DNA of 64,000 nucleotides from Treponemataceae bacterium (GTDB lineage Bacteria > Spirochaetota > Spirochaetia > Treponematales > Rectinemataceae), in contig CAXXHO010000004.1 in NCBI GenBank assembly GCA_963667725.2, forward strand, positions 72,892-136,891, given 5' to 3'. This document shows positions 8,757 through 19,082 of this stretch, piece by piece. A program made the position numbers and the translations under genes. Positions within the stretch are counted from its first letter, which is position 1; each line of letters starts with the position of its first letter. The notes under the pieces were generated by a model. The model made no database searches. It was given only the letters and a program-made list of their open reading frames with translations, and was not told the origin of the DNA.

Positions 8757-9679
8757 CGCTTGAGCCTCGGGTTGAGCACGTCGCGCAGGCGGTCGCCCAT
8801 CATGTTGAGGGCGACGATCACGACGACCAGGGCGATGCCTGGGTAGAAGCTGATCCAGTACTTTCCGGAAAGGAGGTAACGGAATCCGTTGGAGATGAGG
8901 AGGCCGAGCGAGGGCTCGGTGATGGGCAGGCCGATGCCGAGGAAGCTCAGGGTGGCTTCCGTAGAGATGGCCCTGGCCACCATGGTGGTGGCGATGACGA
9001 TGATGGAGGGCATGACGTTGGGCATGAGGTGGCGGAAGATGATGCGGGCTTCCGAGAGGCGCAGGGCGCGGGCGGCTTCGATATATTCGCGGTTGCGCTC
9101 GGCCAAGGCCGATCCACGGGCGGCGCGGGCGAAGTAGGCCCAGTGGACGATGACGAGGGCGAGTGTGATTTTGTCCACGCCCTGGCCAAGGACGACGAGG
9201 AGGACCAGCGCGATAAGCAGGGCCGGGAAGCTGAGCTGGAGGTCCACGACGCGCATGAGGAGGGTGTCGAATCGGCCGCCCTTGTAGGCGGCGATGAGGC
9301 CGAGCGAGGTGCCGAGGATGAAGGCAGCGATGGTGCTGATGATGCCGACCGAGAGGCTGATGCGCATGCCGTAGAGGATGGCGGAGAGCATGTCCCTGCC
9401 CTGCTCGTCGGTGCCGAGGAGGTAGGTCATGCCGGAGAAGCTCTTGGAGAGGGGCGCGAGGGCGCCGTCCAGGAGGTCGAGCTTGGCGAGGTCGTAGGGG
9501 TCCTGGGGCGCGATGATGCTGGCGGCCGCGGCGGCCAGGACGAAGAGGGCCACGATGACGGCGGCGATGATGGCCGAGGGGCTTTCGGCGTACTCGGCCA
9601 GGGCCTTGCCGAGGGGGCGGTCGCGGAACGGCACGGCGGTTTTAGCCCGGGCAGCGGGTAGCTTTCGGGCGCGGCTCAT
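8753..9679 (-). CDS. peptide ABC transporter permease (OppC/DppC type)
   Basis: LGTDEQGRD, EYIEAARALR, EATLSFLGIG. Confidence 0.92.
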   Translation of the reverse strand: MSRARKLPAARAKTAVPFRDRPLGKALAEYAESPSAIIAAVIVALFVLAAAAASIIAPQDPYDLAKLDLLDGALAPLSKSFSGMTYLLGTDEQGRDMLSAILYGMRISLSVGIISTIAAFILGTSLGLIAAYKGGRFDTLLMRVVDLQLSFPALLIALVLLVVLGQGVDKITLALVIVHWAYFARAARGSALAERNREYIEAARALRLSEARIIFRHLMPNVMPSIIVIATTMVARAISTEATLSFLGIGLPITEPSLGLLISNGFRYLLSGKYWISFYPGIALVVVIVALNMMGDRLRDVLNPRLKR

Positions 9680-10650
9680 CGGCGTTCCTCCAGGCGAACC
9701 CGGGGGTCCAGGGCGGTGTAGACGAGGTCGACGATCAGGTTGATGGCGATGAACATGACGACGATCATCATGAGGTAGGCGACGATGACGGGGCGGTCCA
9801 GGACGCCGATGCTGTCGATCAGGAGCTTGCCCATGCCGGGCCAGGCGAAGACGGTTTCGGTGACGGTGGCGAAGGCAATGGTTCTGCCGAATTCGAGGCC
9901 GAGGACGGTGACGATGGGAAGGAGGGTGTTTTTCAGAACGTGCACGAAGATGACGCGGGCGGGCCTGAGGCCTTTGGCCTTGGCGTACTTGACGTAGTCG
10001 CTGCGGACGACTTCTTGAGTGCCCGCCCGCGTGAGACGAATCACGAGCGAGAGCTTGAAGCAGGCCAGATTGAAGGCCGGCAGCAGCATGTGCCTGAGGC
10101 CGTCCAGGGTGAGGAAGCTGAAGGGGATGCCGAAGAGGTCCTTTGTCTGGCCTCTGCCGGAGGCGGGGAGCCATCCCAGAAAGACTGAAAACACCATGAC
10201 CATCATCAGGCCCAGCCAGAAGGAGGGGACGGAGAATCCGAAGGCGGAGAAGCCCATGATCATTTTGCTCCAGGGGGCGTCGGGTTTGAGCCCGCAGAGG
10301 AGGCCCAAGGGGATGCCCACGAGGATGGTGAGGAAGAGGGCGGCGAAGGCGATCTCCAGGGTGGCGGGCACGCGCTCGGCGATGAGGCCGAGCGCCGGCT
10401 CGTTGTACTTGAAAGACCGCCCGAGGTCGCCTTTGGCGGCGTTGGCGAGGAAGAGGCCGTACTGGGCGTAGAGGGGCTTGTCGAGGCCGAAGTGGCGGAC
10501 GATGTCCGCGCGCTCGGCCTCGGTGGCGTCCGGGGATATGAGCACGTCGGCGGGATTGCCGATGGCGTAGACGCCCATGAACACCAGGAGCGACATCGCG
10601 AGGATGAGGATAACGCTCTGGAAGAGCCGCCGAACGATAAAGACGACCAC
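9676..10650 (-). CDS. peptide ABC transporter permease (OppB/DppB type)
   Basis: GDLGRS, DYVKYAKAKGL, TETVFAWPGMG; GGAGG RBS before GTG. Confidence 0.92.
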   Translation of the reverse strand: MVVFIVRRLFQSVILILAMSLLVFMGVYAIGNPADVLISPDATEAERADIVRHFGLDKPLYAQYGLFLANAAKGDLGRSFKYNEPALGLIAERVPATLEIAFAALFLTILVGIPLGLLCGLKPDAPWSKMIMGFSAFGFSVPSFWLGLMMVMVFSVFLGWLPASGRGQTKDLFGIPFSFLTLDGLRHMLLPAFNLACFKLSLVIRLTRAGTQEVVRSDYVKYAKAKGLRPARVIFVHVLKNTLLPIVTVLGLEFGRTIAFATVTETVFAWPGMGKLLIDSIGVLDRPVIVAYLMMIVVMFIAINLIVDLVYTALDPRVRLEERR

Positions 10651-10676
10651 GGTGTGTCCTCCGCTCCCTTGTCCGC

Positions 10677-12272
10677 TTACTTTACCGGCCTGACGTAATT
10701 GGCCAGGGTGTATTCGTCCATGCGCGCCTCGTAGGTGAGGCCTTTCTTGAGCGCCCAGGTAGTGGTCTGGTAGTAGAGCGGGATGATGGCGTGGTCTTTG
10801 GCGAAGGCGATGCGCGCCGCTTCCTGGAGGAAGGATTCGCGCTTGTCGTCGTCGGAGGCCGCGGCCGCCGCCACGATCTGCTTGTCGAACTCGGGGTTGG
10901 AATAGCGGCCGCGGTTGTTGGCCCCCAGGCCCGCGGCGGTGTTGTAGGTGGCCAGGACGGCCGTCATGCCACGGGCGGAGTCGCCGGTGGTGTTGCCGAA
11001 GCCCATCAGGAAGATGCTGTACTCGAGCTTGGTGGCCGCCGTGCTGAAGACCGAGTAGGGCAGCGCCTGGACTTTGATGTCCAGCCCAATGCGGGCGAAG
11101 AACTGGCCGATGGTCTGGGCGACCTGCTCGTCGTTGAGGTAGCGGTCGTTGGGCGAATGCAGGGTGAGGGAGAAGCCGTTGGGGTAGCCCGCCTCGGCGA
11201 GGAGGCGCTTGGCTTTCTCGACGTCGTAGGGTTCGGGCAGGAGGTCGGGGGCGTAGCCGACCATGCCTTCCGGGACGAACTGGCCGGCGGGCTCGGCCGC
11301 GCCGGAGAGGACGCGCTCGACCAGGGCCTGGCGGTTGATGGCCAGGGAAAGGGCTTCGCGGACTTTGGGGTCCTTGAGGGGGTTCTTGTCCAGGGGCTTG
11401 CCGTCCTTGCCGGCCACGAAGGGCGACTTGTCGCGGTTGGAGTCCATGTGGATGTACATCATGGTGGCTGCGGGCTTGGACAGGAGAGTGACGCGGCTGT
11501 CCTTGCGGAGCCTGTCCTGGTCCACGGGGGAGACTTGGTCGATCATGTCCACGTCGCCGGCCAGGAGGGCGGCCACGCGGGAGGGGTCGTTGGTGATGGG
11601 CCTGAAGATGACGCGGTCGTAGGAGGATTTGACGCCCCAGTAGGCGGGGTTCTTGTCCAGGACGAGGCGGTCGCCGCGCACCCATTCGACGAATTTGAAG
11701 GGGCCAGTGCCGTTCACGTACTTGCCTTTGTTGAAGTCGTCCTGGGTGGCGTCGGCCGGGGTGGTCGAAGGCAGGACGTACACGAAGGTGAGGTCGATGG
11801 GCAGCTGGGGCGAGGGGGTCTTGAGAAGGAGCCTGACAGTGAGGTTGTCCACGGCCACGGCATCCTTGATGGCGGCCACGTTGCGCTTGTAGCTGGAGGG
11901 GGAGTCGGGCACGCGGGGGATGCGCTTGAGGCTGAAGACGATGTCGTCGGCGCCGAAGAGCTTGCCGTCGTGGAACTTGACGCCGGGCCTGAGCTTGAGT
12001 TCCCAGGTGAGGGAGTCGACTTCCTTCCAGGAGAGGGCGAGGTTGGGGATCATGCGCAGGTTCTTGTCCCTGCCCACGATGGTCTCGAAGATTTGCTGGG
12101 AGGCGAGCTGGGTGGCTCCGGTGGTGGAGTACTGGGGGTCGATGGAGGCGGGTTCGGTGGAGACGCCCACTTTGAGGGTGGTCTGCGCGTAGGCGCCGAA
12201 GAGCGCCGCGAAAATGGCGGCGACGGCGAGCGCGAGGGTTGCGCGGCGTCGGGCGACGGTTCCTTTCGTCAT
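10677..12272 (-). CDS. peptide ABC transporter substrate-binding protein (SBP_bac_5)
   Basis: signal peptide, LRPGVKFHDG, NGTGPFKF, AKRLLAEAGYPNGF; AGGAGG RBS. Confidence 0.92.
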   Translation of the reverse strand: MTKGTVARRRATLALAVAAIFAALFGAYAQTTLKVGVSTEPASIDPQYSTTGATQLASQQIFETIVGRDKNLRMIPNLALSWKEVDSLTWELKLRPGVKFHDGKLFGADDIVFSLKRIPRVPDSPSSYKRNVAAIKDAVAVDNLTVRLLLKTPSPQLPIDLTFVYVLPSTTPADATQDDFNKGKYVNGTGPFKFVEWVRGDRLVLDKNPAYWGVKSSYDRVIFRPITNDPSRVAALLAGDVDMIDQVSPVDQDRLRKDSRVTLLSKPAATMMYIHMDSNRDKSPFVAGKDGKPLDKNPLKDPKVREALSLAINRQALVERVLSGAAEPAGQFVPEGMVGYAPDLLPEPYDVEKAKRLLAEAGYPNGFSLTLHSPNDRYLNDEQVAQTIGQFFARIGLDIKVQALPYSVFSTAATKLEYSIFLMGFGNTTGDSARGMTAVLATYNTAAGLGANNRGRYSNPEFDKQIVAAAAASDDDKRESFLQEAARIAFAKDHAIIPLYYQTTTWALKKGLTYEARMDEYTLANYVRPVK

Positions 12273-12383
12273 GATGGTTCCTCCTGGAAATGCCTGGGTA
12301 TGGGGCATCGGGCCTCCGCGGGCCCTTAGCGCTATTCTAGGGTCGCCTTTGGGCGGGGTATGTAGGAGCCCGGCGGAACTTCG

Positions 12384-12402
12384 CGTAGGACGGCGTCCTA
12401 CG
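12384..12402. promoter_or_regulatory. perfect palindrome, candidate binding site for the adjacent NarL-type regulator
   Basis: CGTAGGAC-GGC-GTCCTACG plus a TGTAGGA half-site at 12361, upstream of the SBP gene. Confidence 0.5.
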
Positions 12403-12404
12403 AA

Positions 12405-12437
12405 GTTAACTATTGGGGTCAGACCCCAATAGTTAAC
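12405..12437. repeat. GGGGTCWGACCCC REP-like 33-bp hairpin, copy 3
   Basis: GTTAACTATTGGGGTC-A-GACCCCAATAGTTAAC, perfect 16-bp arms. Confidence 0.9.
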
Positions 12438-13068
12438 CGAAGTCGGCCAGGCCGTGGAGGTGGGCGTAGCGCATGAGCTGGCTGTTGTTCTCGAAGCGCA
12501 TTTTCTCCATGAGCCGGGTGCGGTAGGTGCTGACCGTTTTGACCGAGAGGTTGAGGGCGGCGGCGATCTCGCCCACGCTCCTGCCGCCGGCCAGGAACTT
12601 GAGGATCTGGAATTCGCGGTCTGAGAGGCGGAGGTGGGGGCTGTCCTCGCCGCCGGAGAGTTCGTCCAGGAGGAGCTCGCCGGCCTTGGGGCTGAGGTAG
12701 CGCCTGCCCGCCAGCACGGTTTTGACAGCCTCGACGAGCTCGCCGGGGTCGATGGCTTTGTTGGCGCAGCCGGAGGCGCCGAGCCTGAAGGCGCGCAGGG
12801 CGTACTGTTCCTCCGGTAGGATGGTGAGGACGAGGATGTGGGTGGCGGGGTCGAGGTCCTTGAGGTCGCGGATGAGGTCGAGGCCGTCCATGCCGGGCAT
12901 GGAGAAGTCCAGGATGACGAGGTCGTAGCTTGCGGCGCGCGCGAGGCCGAGGACGGCGTGGCCGTCCTCGGCCTCGTCCACGGCGCAGTCGGGCAGGGTG
13001 GATTCAAGGAGCTGGCGCAGGCCTTTGCGCACGAGGAAGTGGTCGTCGGCCACGAGTATGCGTTTCAT
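12433..13068 (-). CDS. NarL/LuxR family response regulator
   Basis: ILVADDH, DLVILDFSMPGMDG, LSDREFQIL...LSVKTVSTYR. Confidence 0.93.
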   Translation of the reverse strand: MKRILVADDHFLVRKGLRQLLESTLPDCAVDEAEDGHAVLGLARAASYDLVILDFSMPGMDGLDLIRDLKDLDPATHILVLTILPEEQYALRAFRLGASGCANKAIDPGELVEAVKTVLAGRRYLSPKAGELLLDELSGGEDSPHLRLSDREFQILKFLAGGRSVGEIAAALNLSVKTVSTYRTRLMEKMRFENNSQLMRYAHLHGLADFG

Positions 13069-16000
13069 GGTTCCTCCGAGGTGCGGCGGGGTCTGGCCAC
13101 GGGAAAACGCGCGGTGACCGTGCAGCCGCCGCCCGGCGGCGACGCGAAGCTCAAGGCGCCTTTTCGGGCGGCGCAGGCCTCCCGCATGCCGATAATGCCG
13201 AACGAGTCGCGCGCCGCGATCTTGGCCGCCCCGATGCCGACGCCGTCGTCCTGGACTTCGAGGAGGTAGAAGCCCTCCTCGAGGCGGAAGCGCACGGCGG
13301 CGGTTGTGGCCTGGGCATGCCTTGCCACATTGCTGAGCATTTCCTGCAGGAGGCGGAAAAAGGCCTTGGCGGTGTCCGCCGGCATGTCCTTCCAGCCGGG
13401 TCCGATGTCCAGGCTCGTCCCGATGCCGCTCATGCGGTCGAAGCTCCTCACGTAATACTTCAGGACGTCGGGGAAGTCCAGCGTGTCCAGGCCGACGGGG
13501 CGCAGGCGGGTGGCCACGACCTTGACCGCGGCCATGGCGTCCAGGATGCCTTTCTGCAGCTGGGCCACCACGGGCAGGCGCTCGGAGGCCTCGGCCTCGG
13601 GGTGCCGGGCGAGCCAGTAGGCGTGGAAATTGAGGACCATGAGGTGCTGGCCGATCTCGTCGTGGACGTCGCGGGCGGCGATGGTGCGCTCCTCCTCCCT
13701 GGCATCCTCGATGTGGCGGGCGAAGCGCGCGAGGAGTTCGTTGCGGCGCTTGAGGCTGCGCAGGGCCGCCATGACGCCCGCCACCACGAGGAGGGCGAGG
13801 CCGGCGGCGGAGGCGGCGCGGAACCACCAGGCTCCCCACCAGGGCGGGCTGACGACGATGGCCAGGGAGGCGCCGTAGCGGTTCCAGACGCCGTTGCCGT
13901 TGGCGGCGCGCACGCGGAGCATGTAGCGCCCGGGGGCGAGGGGCGCGATGTAGCCCGAGTTCATGGAGCCCATGTCGGACCAGGCCGACTGCCGGCCTTC
14001 GAGCATCATGGCGTAGCGGTTCCTGCCCGAGGAGGAGAAGTCGATGGCGGCGATGGTGAAGCGCAAGCCGGCGTTGCCGTAGCCGAGGCTGATCTCGTCG
14101 CGCTCGGGGGAGCGCCTGGCCGCGCCGGAGCCGCCGGCGGTCTCAACGTCGGCGACGATGACGTCGGGCGGAAGGCCGTAGCGCGAGACTTTGGCGGGGT
14201 CGAAGCGGGTGATGCCGCCCTCGCCTCCCAGCCAGATATGGCCGTCCGAGTCCGCCAGGACCATGCCCGCGCCGTAGCCGCCGGGGGCGAGCCCGTCCTC
14301 GGGGCCGAAGCGAAAGAGGTCGCCGCGCTGGGGGTCGTAGGCGTAGAAGCCGCGGGAACCGGCCACCCAGAGGATGCCCTGGCTGTCCTCTGCCAGGCCG
14401 TAGATGGTTTCGTCGTCCAAGCCCGATGCGACAGCCCGCGCGCCTATGGTTTCGGTTTTAGGGTCGATGGCGGCGAGGCCGCCGCCGCCCATGCCGACCC
14501 AGAGCCTGCCGCGGGAGTCTTCCAGGACGGCGTTGACGCGCAGGCTGCCCAGGCCTTCACGGCTGCGGCCGCCTCTGCCGAAGGACCTGAAACGCGCGCC
14601 GCTGGGTTCGCGGACGAAGAGGCCGGCGTCGGCAGTCCCCGCCCAGGTTCTGCCCGACGAATCGCGGTAGAGGCAGGAAATCGTGGAGGCGGGCAGGCGC
14701 GGAGGCTGCTGCTGCGAGGGCAGCGGGGCTTGCCCCGCCGCGTAGCCCCAATGCTCGGCCTTGCCCGTGCGCGGATCGACGAGGTCGAGGCCGCCGCCTT
14801 CCGTGCCCACCCAGATTTTGCCGTTTTCGGCTTCAAGAAGGCTTAGGACATAGGGGGAAGCGATCCTGACGATGCGGCCGTCCGGTCTGCGCCCGACCAA
14901 GCCTTCCCTGCCCATGCCCAGCCAGAGCGAGCCGTCGGCGAGGGCCAGGATTGCCTGCGCCTTTCCGCGGGCGGCCGGCGGCATCGGCGTGGCCGGCGCG
15001 AACGCGCCGGCCACCGCATCGAACGCGACGAGCCCGGAATTCGAGCCCGCCGCCAACAGCCGCCCCGAGGGTGTCTTGGCCATCGCCGCAACCGCGCCGA
15101 GCGTTCCGCCGCCCGCGACCGCCGAGAAGCGCTGGAAATTGGCCGAGCGGAAATCGCCGGTGAGGAGGCCGCCCGACCGCATGCCCGCCCAGAGCAGGCC
15201 GCGGCGGTCGCGCAGCATGGCCGAGACTTCGCGCCCCTGGCCAAAGGGGTACGCCGCAAGCTCCATGCTCGAAGGGTCGAGGATGCCCACCCCGCCCTCG
15301 CGCAAGCCCACCCAGATTTGGCCCTGCTGGTCCTCGGCGATGGCGGAAACGGCTATGGCCGCGCCCGCCGCCGCGCCGCCCTTGGCGCCGGCCGCCAAAC
15401 GGGCATGCCTGAATTTTCCGCCCTCGAAAAGGTCGAGGCCGCCGTCCGCGTAGCCCACCCATAAAAAGCCGAGCGAATCTTCCATTATCGCGCTGACGCG
15501 ATCGGAGGCGAGGCCGCCCGCGCCCTTCGCGTAGCGCGCCAGGGGTTTCCCCTCGCCGTCGAGGAGCGAAATGCCCGCCCCGTCGGTGCCGACCCAGACC
15601 CGCTCCCTCGCGTCGGCGGCGAGGGCCGTCACCGCTGCGCCCGTATCGCCCGGCGCCGCGAACACTCCTCCCGTCAGGCTTTCGGGATCGATCGCCCAGA
15701 CCGTGCCGTCATTCGCCCCGGCGAAGACCCTGCCCCGCAGGTCGATGGCTAAGGCGGCGATCCGCAGGGAGCGCTCGCCGGGCGGGTCGGCCAGCTGGAC
15801 CCGCCGGAACTCACCTGAGAGCGTATCGTACCGCAGGACGCCGTCGGAGGCGGCGATCCAGATCCCGTTCCGGCCGTCGGCCAATATCCTGTTGATCGAG
15901 GGCACGCCCAGTACGCCGCCCCAGGTTTCCGGCCTGAACGAGGCGAAGCCCTGGCCGTCGTAACGGTACAGGCCGTCGCCGGCGCCGATCCAGATCAGGC

Positions 16001-16187
16001 CCCTGCTGTCCTGGGCGATCGAATGGATAGCGCCGCCCGCGAAACCCTGGTCCCTGCCCAGGGTACGCCAGGCGATGTCCGCAGGGTCGCTGGCCCACGC
16101 CCGCATTGCGGCCAGCGCGAAGGCAAGGGCGCAGAGAACGGTCCTCCGCCGCAAAAAATGAGTCAGCCGTCCGCGCTTGGTCGCCAT
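13065..16187 (-). CDS. sensor histidine kinase with beta-propeller (Reg_prop) and Y_Y_Y ectodomain and HisKA_3 core
   Basis: repeated EDSxGxLWVG propeller motifs, LAPGRYMLRVRAANGNGVW, EEERTIAARDVHDEIGQ, DDGVG. Confidence 0.9.
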   Translation of the reverse strand: MATKRGRLTHFLRRRTVLCALAFALAAMRAWASDPADIAWRTLGRDQGFAGGAIHSIAQDSRGLIWIGAGDGLYRYDGQGFASFRPETWGGVLGVPSINRILADGRNGIWIAASDGVLRYDTLSGEFRRVQLADPPGERSLRIAALAIDLRGRVFAGANDGTVWAIDPESLTGGVFAAPGDTGAAVTALAADARERVWVGTDGAGISLLDGEGKPLARYAKGAGGLASDRVSAIMEDSLGFLWVGYADGGLDLFEGGKFRHARLAAGAKGGAAAGAAIAVSAIAEDQQGQIWVGLREGGVGILDPSSMELAAYPFGQGREVSAMLRDRRGLLWAGMRSGGLLTGDFRSANFQRFSAVAGGGTLGAVAAMAKTPSGRLLAAGSNSGLVAFDAVAGAFAPATPMPPAARGKAQAILALADGSLWLGMGREGLVGRRPDGRIVRIASPYVLSLLEAENGKIWVGTEGGGLDLVDPRTGKAEHWGYAAGQAPLPSQQQPPRLPASTISCLYRDSSGRTWAGTADAGLFVREPSGARFRSFGRGGRSREGLGSLRVNAVLEDSRGRLWVGMGGGGLAAIDPKTETIGARAVASGLDDETIYGLAEDSQGILWVAGSRGFYAYDPQRGDLFRFGPEDGLAPGGYGAGMVLADSDGHIWLGGEGGITRFDPAKVSRYGLPPDVIVADVETAGGSGAARRSPERDEISLGYGNAGLRFTIAAIDFSSSGRNRYAMMLEGRQSAWSDMGSMNSGYIAPLAPGRYMLRVRAANGNGVWNRYGASLAIVVSPPWWGAWWFRAASAAGLALLVVAGVMAALRSLKRRNELLARFARHIEDAREEERTIAARDVHDEIGQHLMVLNFHAYWLARHPEAEASERLPVVAQLQKGILDAMAAVKVVATRLRPVGLDTLDFPDVLKYYVRSFDRMSGIGTSLDIGPGWKDMPADTAKAFFRLLQEMLSNVARHAQATTAAVRFRLEEGFYLLEVQDDGVGIGAAKIAARDSFGIIGMREACAARKGALSFASPPGGGCTVTARFPVARPRRTSEEP

Positions 16188-16226
16188 GGTGACGATGGTA
16201 GCCCGAACGAGGCGCCTTTTCCATAT

Positions 16227-16410
16227 GACAGGACGACAGGAGGGGACAGGATTTACAGGAAATGTGTTTAGGTTAAGAGAACACGCGGCTCTTCTCTTAA
16301 CCCTTTTTTTATTTCCATTTCTTCTCTTCTCTTTCTTTCTTAACCAAAAGCTCTTTCCTGTCAGTCCTGAGGAGTCCTGGGATCCTGTCGTGGAGTCCTG
16401 TCGTCCTGTC
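16227..16410 (+). repeat. ACAGGA-box inverted-arm element E6
   Basis: same arms as E5, right arm with extra boxes. Confidence 0.95.
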
Positions 16411-16464
16411 CTCTTCACGGGCTTGAGGATTGTTGCCTGAGGCGAAGCATTGTATCCTTCCCGC

Positions 16465-17697
16465 GTGGACCTTCAAAAGATAGGCAAGCTCGGCCTGCTG
16501 CTCGCGATTCTCGCGCTCGCCCATTGGGCGGGAGGATTCCCCACGTTCCATGTGACGCTGGAGGGCATGTGCCTGATCGCGGCGCTCTCAATCTACGTCA
16601 TCGGCACCCGCACCTACCGCTTCTCGAACAGCGTGATGCTCCTCTATATCAGCGTGGCGTTCATGTACGTCGGGGCGCTCGAAGTGCTCCACCTGTTCTA
16701 CTATAACGGCGTCGGCCTGCTGCAGGGCGCCTCGACCAACCGGGCCGCGCAGTTCTGGACCGCCTCGCGCGCCCTGGAAATCGGGGCGATCTGCGCAGTG
16801 CCCCTCGCCCTCAAGCGCCGATCTTCCCGCCTCAGGCTCCATCTCGGCTTTTTCGCGGCCGCCGCCCTCCTAGCCGCCTCGATTCTGGCGGGAATCTTTC
16901 CGGCCTGCTTCGTCGAGGGCTCGGGCTACACCGCCTTCAAGCGCTGGGCCGAACTGGCAATCGCAGCCGCGTCGGCCGCGAGCCTTGTGATGATGAGGGC
17001 GACGCCAGGCAAGGTTGGGAGCAAGGTTTCAGCAAGGACAATGTCGGGCGTCGCGGCTTTCGGAGCCTCGGGCCTGCTCTTCGCCTTCAGGCTCGCCCAC
17101 CAGGGGCCGCTTGACGCCTTCGCCCATCTCCTCAGCCTTCTCTCCTTCGCTTTTTTCTGGTCCATCGTGATCGAGGAGGGGCTCGACCGCCCTTACGAGC
17201 ACATGTTCCGCGAAATCTACGAGCGCTCCACCCGCGACATCCTGACGGGGCTCCGCAACCGCGCGGGCTTCGACCGCGACGCGGAGTCGGCGCTCGCCGC
17301 CAAGGGCGCCGGGGAGACTGAGTTCTCGCTTTTAGCCATGGATTTGGACGATTTCAAGCAGGTGAACGACGACTTCGGCCACCCGGAGGGCGATGTGGCG
17401 CTCAAGGAGTTCGCGGCCATCCTCGCCGAAGCGCTGGGCGAAGGCCCTCTTATCGCCCGTTACGGCGGGGACGAATTCGTGGTGCTCGCCGAGGGCGGCG
17501 CGGCCTGGGCTTCAGCCGCCGAGGCTAGGCTGCGCAGCCGCGCCGCGGCATGGCGCGAATCCCCGCGCCGTACGGCCCTGGGGCTTTCACTCGCTTGGGT
17601 GTCGCGGCGCGGCGGTCCGGGCGCCGCCCTGGAAGCCCTCTATCGCGAGGCCGACGCCCTCATGCTCGACGAGAAGCGCCGGAAGCACGCGCGATAG
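16465..17697 (+). CDS. membrane diguanylate cyclase (MASE3-like + GGDEF)
   Basis: multiple TM segments, DILTGLRNR, DLDDFKQVNDDFGHPEGD, RYGGDEF. Confidence 0.88.
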   Translation: MDLQKIGKLGLLLAILALAHWAGGFPTFHVTLEGMCLIAALSIYVIGTRTYRFSNSVMLLYISVAFMYVGALEVLHLFYYNGVGLLQGASTNRAAQFWTASRALEIGAICAVPLALKRRSSRLRLHLGFFAAAALLAASILAGIFPACFVEGSGYTAFKRWAELAIAAASAASLVMMRATPGKVGSKVSARTMSGVAAFGASGLLFAFRLAHQGPLDAFAHLLSLLSFAFFWSIVIEEGLDRPYEHMFREIYERSTRDILTGLRNRAGFDRDAESALAAKGAGETEFSLLAMDLDDFKQVNDDFGHPEGDVALKEFAAILAEALGEGPLIARYGGDEFVVLAEGGAAWASAAEARLRSRAAAWRESPRRTALGLSLAWVSRRGGPGAALEALYREADALMLDEKRRKHAR

Positions 17698-17876
17698 GAC
17701 AGGACGATACGACAGGACGACAGGACTAGACAGGATCTACAGGAAATGTGTTTGGGTTAAGAGAACGCGCGGCTCTTCTCCTAACCTTTTTTTTAATCTT
17801 TTCTTCTCTTCTCTTCTCTTCTCTTTCTTAACCAAAAGCTCCTTCCTGTCAGTCCTGTGTTTCCTGTCGTCCTGTC
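17698..17876 (+). repeat. ACAGGA-box inverted-arm element E7
   Basis: begins immediately after the TAG of the GGDEF gene; same arms and CTTCT tract. Confidence 0.95.
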
Positions 17877-17880
17877 GTAT

Positions 17881-18390
17881 TTACTTGCCGCCCTTCCCGC
17901 CCTTTTCGGGTTTCTCCCCCTTGCCCTGCTTTTCCTCGCGCTCTTGCTTCCGCTCACGGGCTTCCTTGCCGATCTTGTCGCCGCGCTCGACGATTTTGCC
18001 CTTTAGGGCGAAGAACTCGTCCGAACCGGGCTTTACGCCGAGGACCTGGGCGAGGACGCCCCAGCCGTGGCCTTCGGTGCCTTCGGCGAGGGCGACCGCG
18101 TCGGCGAGGGGCATGGCGGTTTTCGCCGAGATCTCGAGAGCCAGCCAGAGCTCGCCGGGCGTGGCGCCCGAGTCGTAGTAGGCCTGGAGCACCGCCTGAT
18201 CGACGGCGAACTCCTCGGCGAGCATCGCCAGGATGGCGGCGGGGTCGCCCTCGGCGGCCTGGTCGAGTTCCTCCAGAGTCTCCTTGAGGTCTTCGTCGGC
18301 TTGTTGCTCTTGCGCCATGGCGGCCTGCGCCGCACCGAAAAGCAGGGCGAGTACTGCGAGCGTCACGATCCATTTTTTGATTGTGTTCAT
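17881..18390 (-). CDS. exported hypothetical protein with charged G/K-rich tail
   Basis: GGAGG RBS, signal peptide MNTIKKWIV...AMA, motif GHGWGVLAQVLGVKPGSDEF. Confidence 0.75.
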   Translation of the reverse strand: MNTIKKWIVTLAVLALLFGAAQAAMAQEQQADEDLKETLEELDQAAEGDPAAILAMLAEEFAVDQAVLQAYYDSGATPGELWLALEISAKTAMPLADAVALAEGTEGHGWGVLAQVLGVKPGSDEFFALKGKIVERGDKIGKEARERKQEREEKQGKGEKPEKGGKGGK

Positions 18391-18500
18391 CTGGTACCTC
18401 CGTTGCTCCCTTTTTCGGGAAGCTACGCCCAGGGATACGCCGCGGTCCGGCGATCGGTTGCAGGGTGGCCAAAGCGTCGGGCGCCTGGTATATTTCAGGA

Positions 18501-19082
18501 ATGAAGGGCGATCAGGCTGACGACGACGCGGTGGCGCGAGTGCTCTCGGGGGACCGGGACGCATTCCGCTCGCTCGTGGACCGCTATGGGCAGCGGATCA
18601 TCGCCTTCTGCGGCTCTCGCTTGCGCTCGGAGGACGAGGCGCGCGACGCCGCGCAGGAAGTCTTCGTCCGCGCTTACCGCTCGCTCGGCACGTTCCGCCG
18701 GGGCGAGAGTTTCCCCGCCTGGCTTTTCGCCATCGCCGCCAATCAGCTCCGCACGCGGTTCCGCGTCTTCGCCTCAGACCGGCACAAGGTGGAGGCGGCG
18801 GGCTCCGAGGCCGCCGCGGCGGCGTCCGCCGATCCTGCGGAGGAGGCTGCCGACGCCATCAGGGCGCAGGCGCTCAGGAGGGCGGTGGCCGCACTGCCCC
18901 GCGACCAGCGCCTGCCGGTGGAGCTCTACTATTTCGGCGAGCTGTCGGTGGCCGAAGTCGCCCGCGCCCTGGGCCTGGGCGAGGAGGCGGTGAAGACGCG
19001 GCTGTTCCGCGCGCGCAAGGCGCTGCGGATCGCGTTGGAAGGAAAGCAACCCCGCGAGGGTTCCCGAGGTATACAGAAATGA
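18501..19082 (+). CDS. ECF RNA polymerase sigma factor
   Basis: DAAQEVFVRAY, FPAWLFAIAAN, VKTRLFRARKAL. Confidence 0.92.
   Translation: MKGDQADDDAVARVLSGDRDAFRSLVDRYGQRIIAFCGSRLRSEDEARDAAQEVFVRAYRSLGTFRRGESFPAWLFAIAANQLRTRFRVFASDRHKVEAAGSEAAAAASADPAEEAADAIRAQALRRAVAALPRDQRLPVELYYFGELSVAEVARALGLGEEAVKTRLFRARKALRIALEGKQPREGSRGIQK

Noticed and set aside
16188..16418. N-terminal extension of the sensor kinase (and likewise 27911-27991 of the dipeptidase)
   Set aside because: These are open frames through the ACAGGA elements; better starts exist at 16187 and 27910
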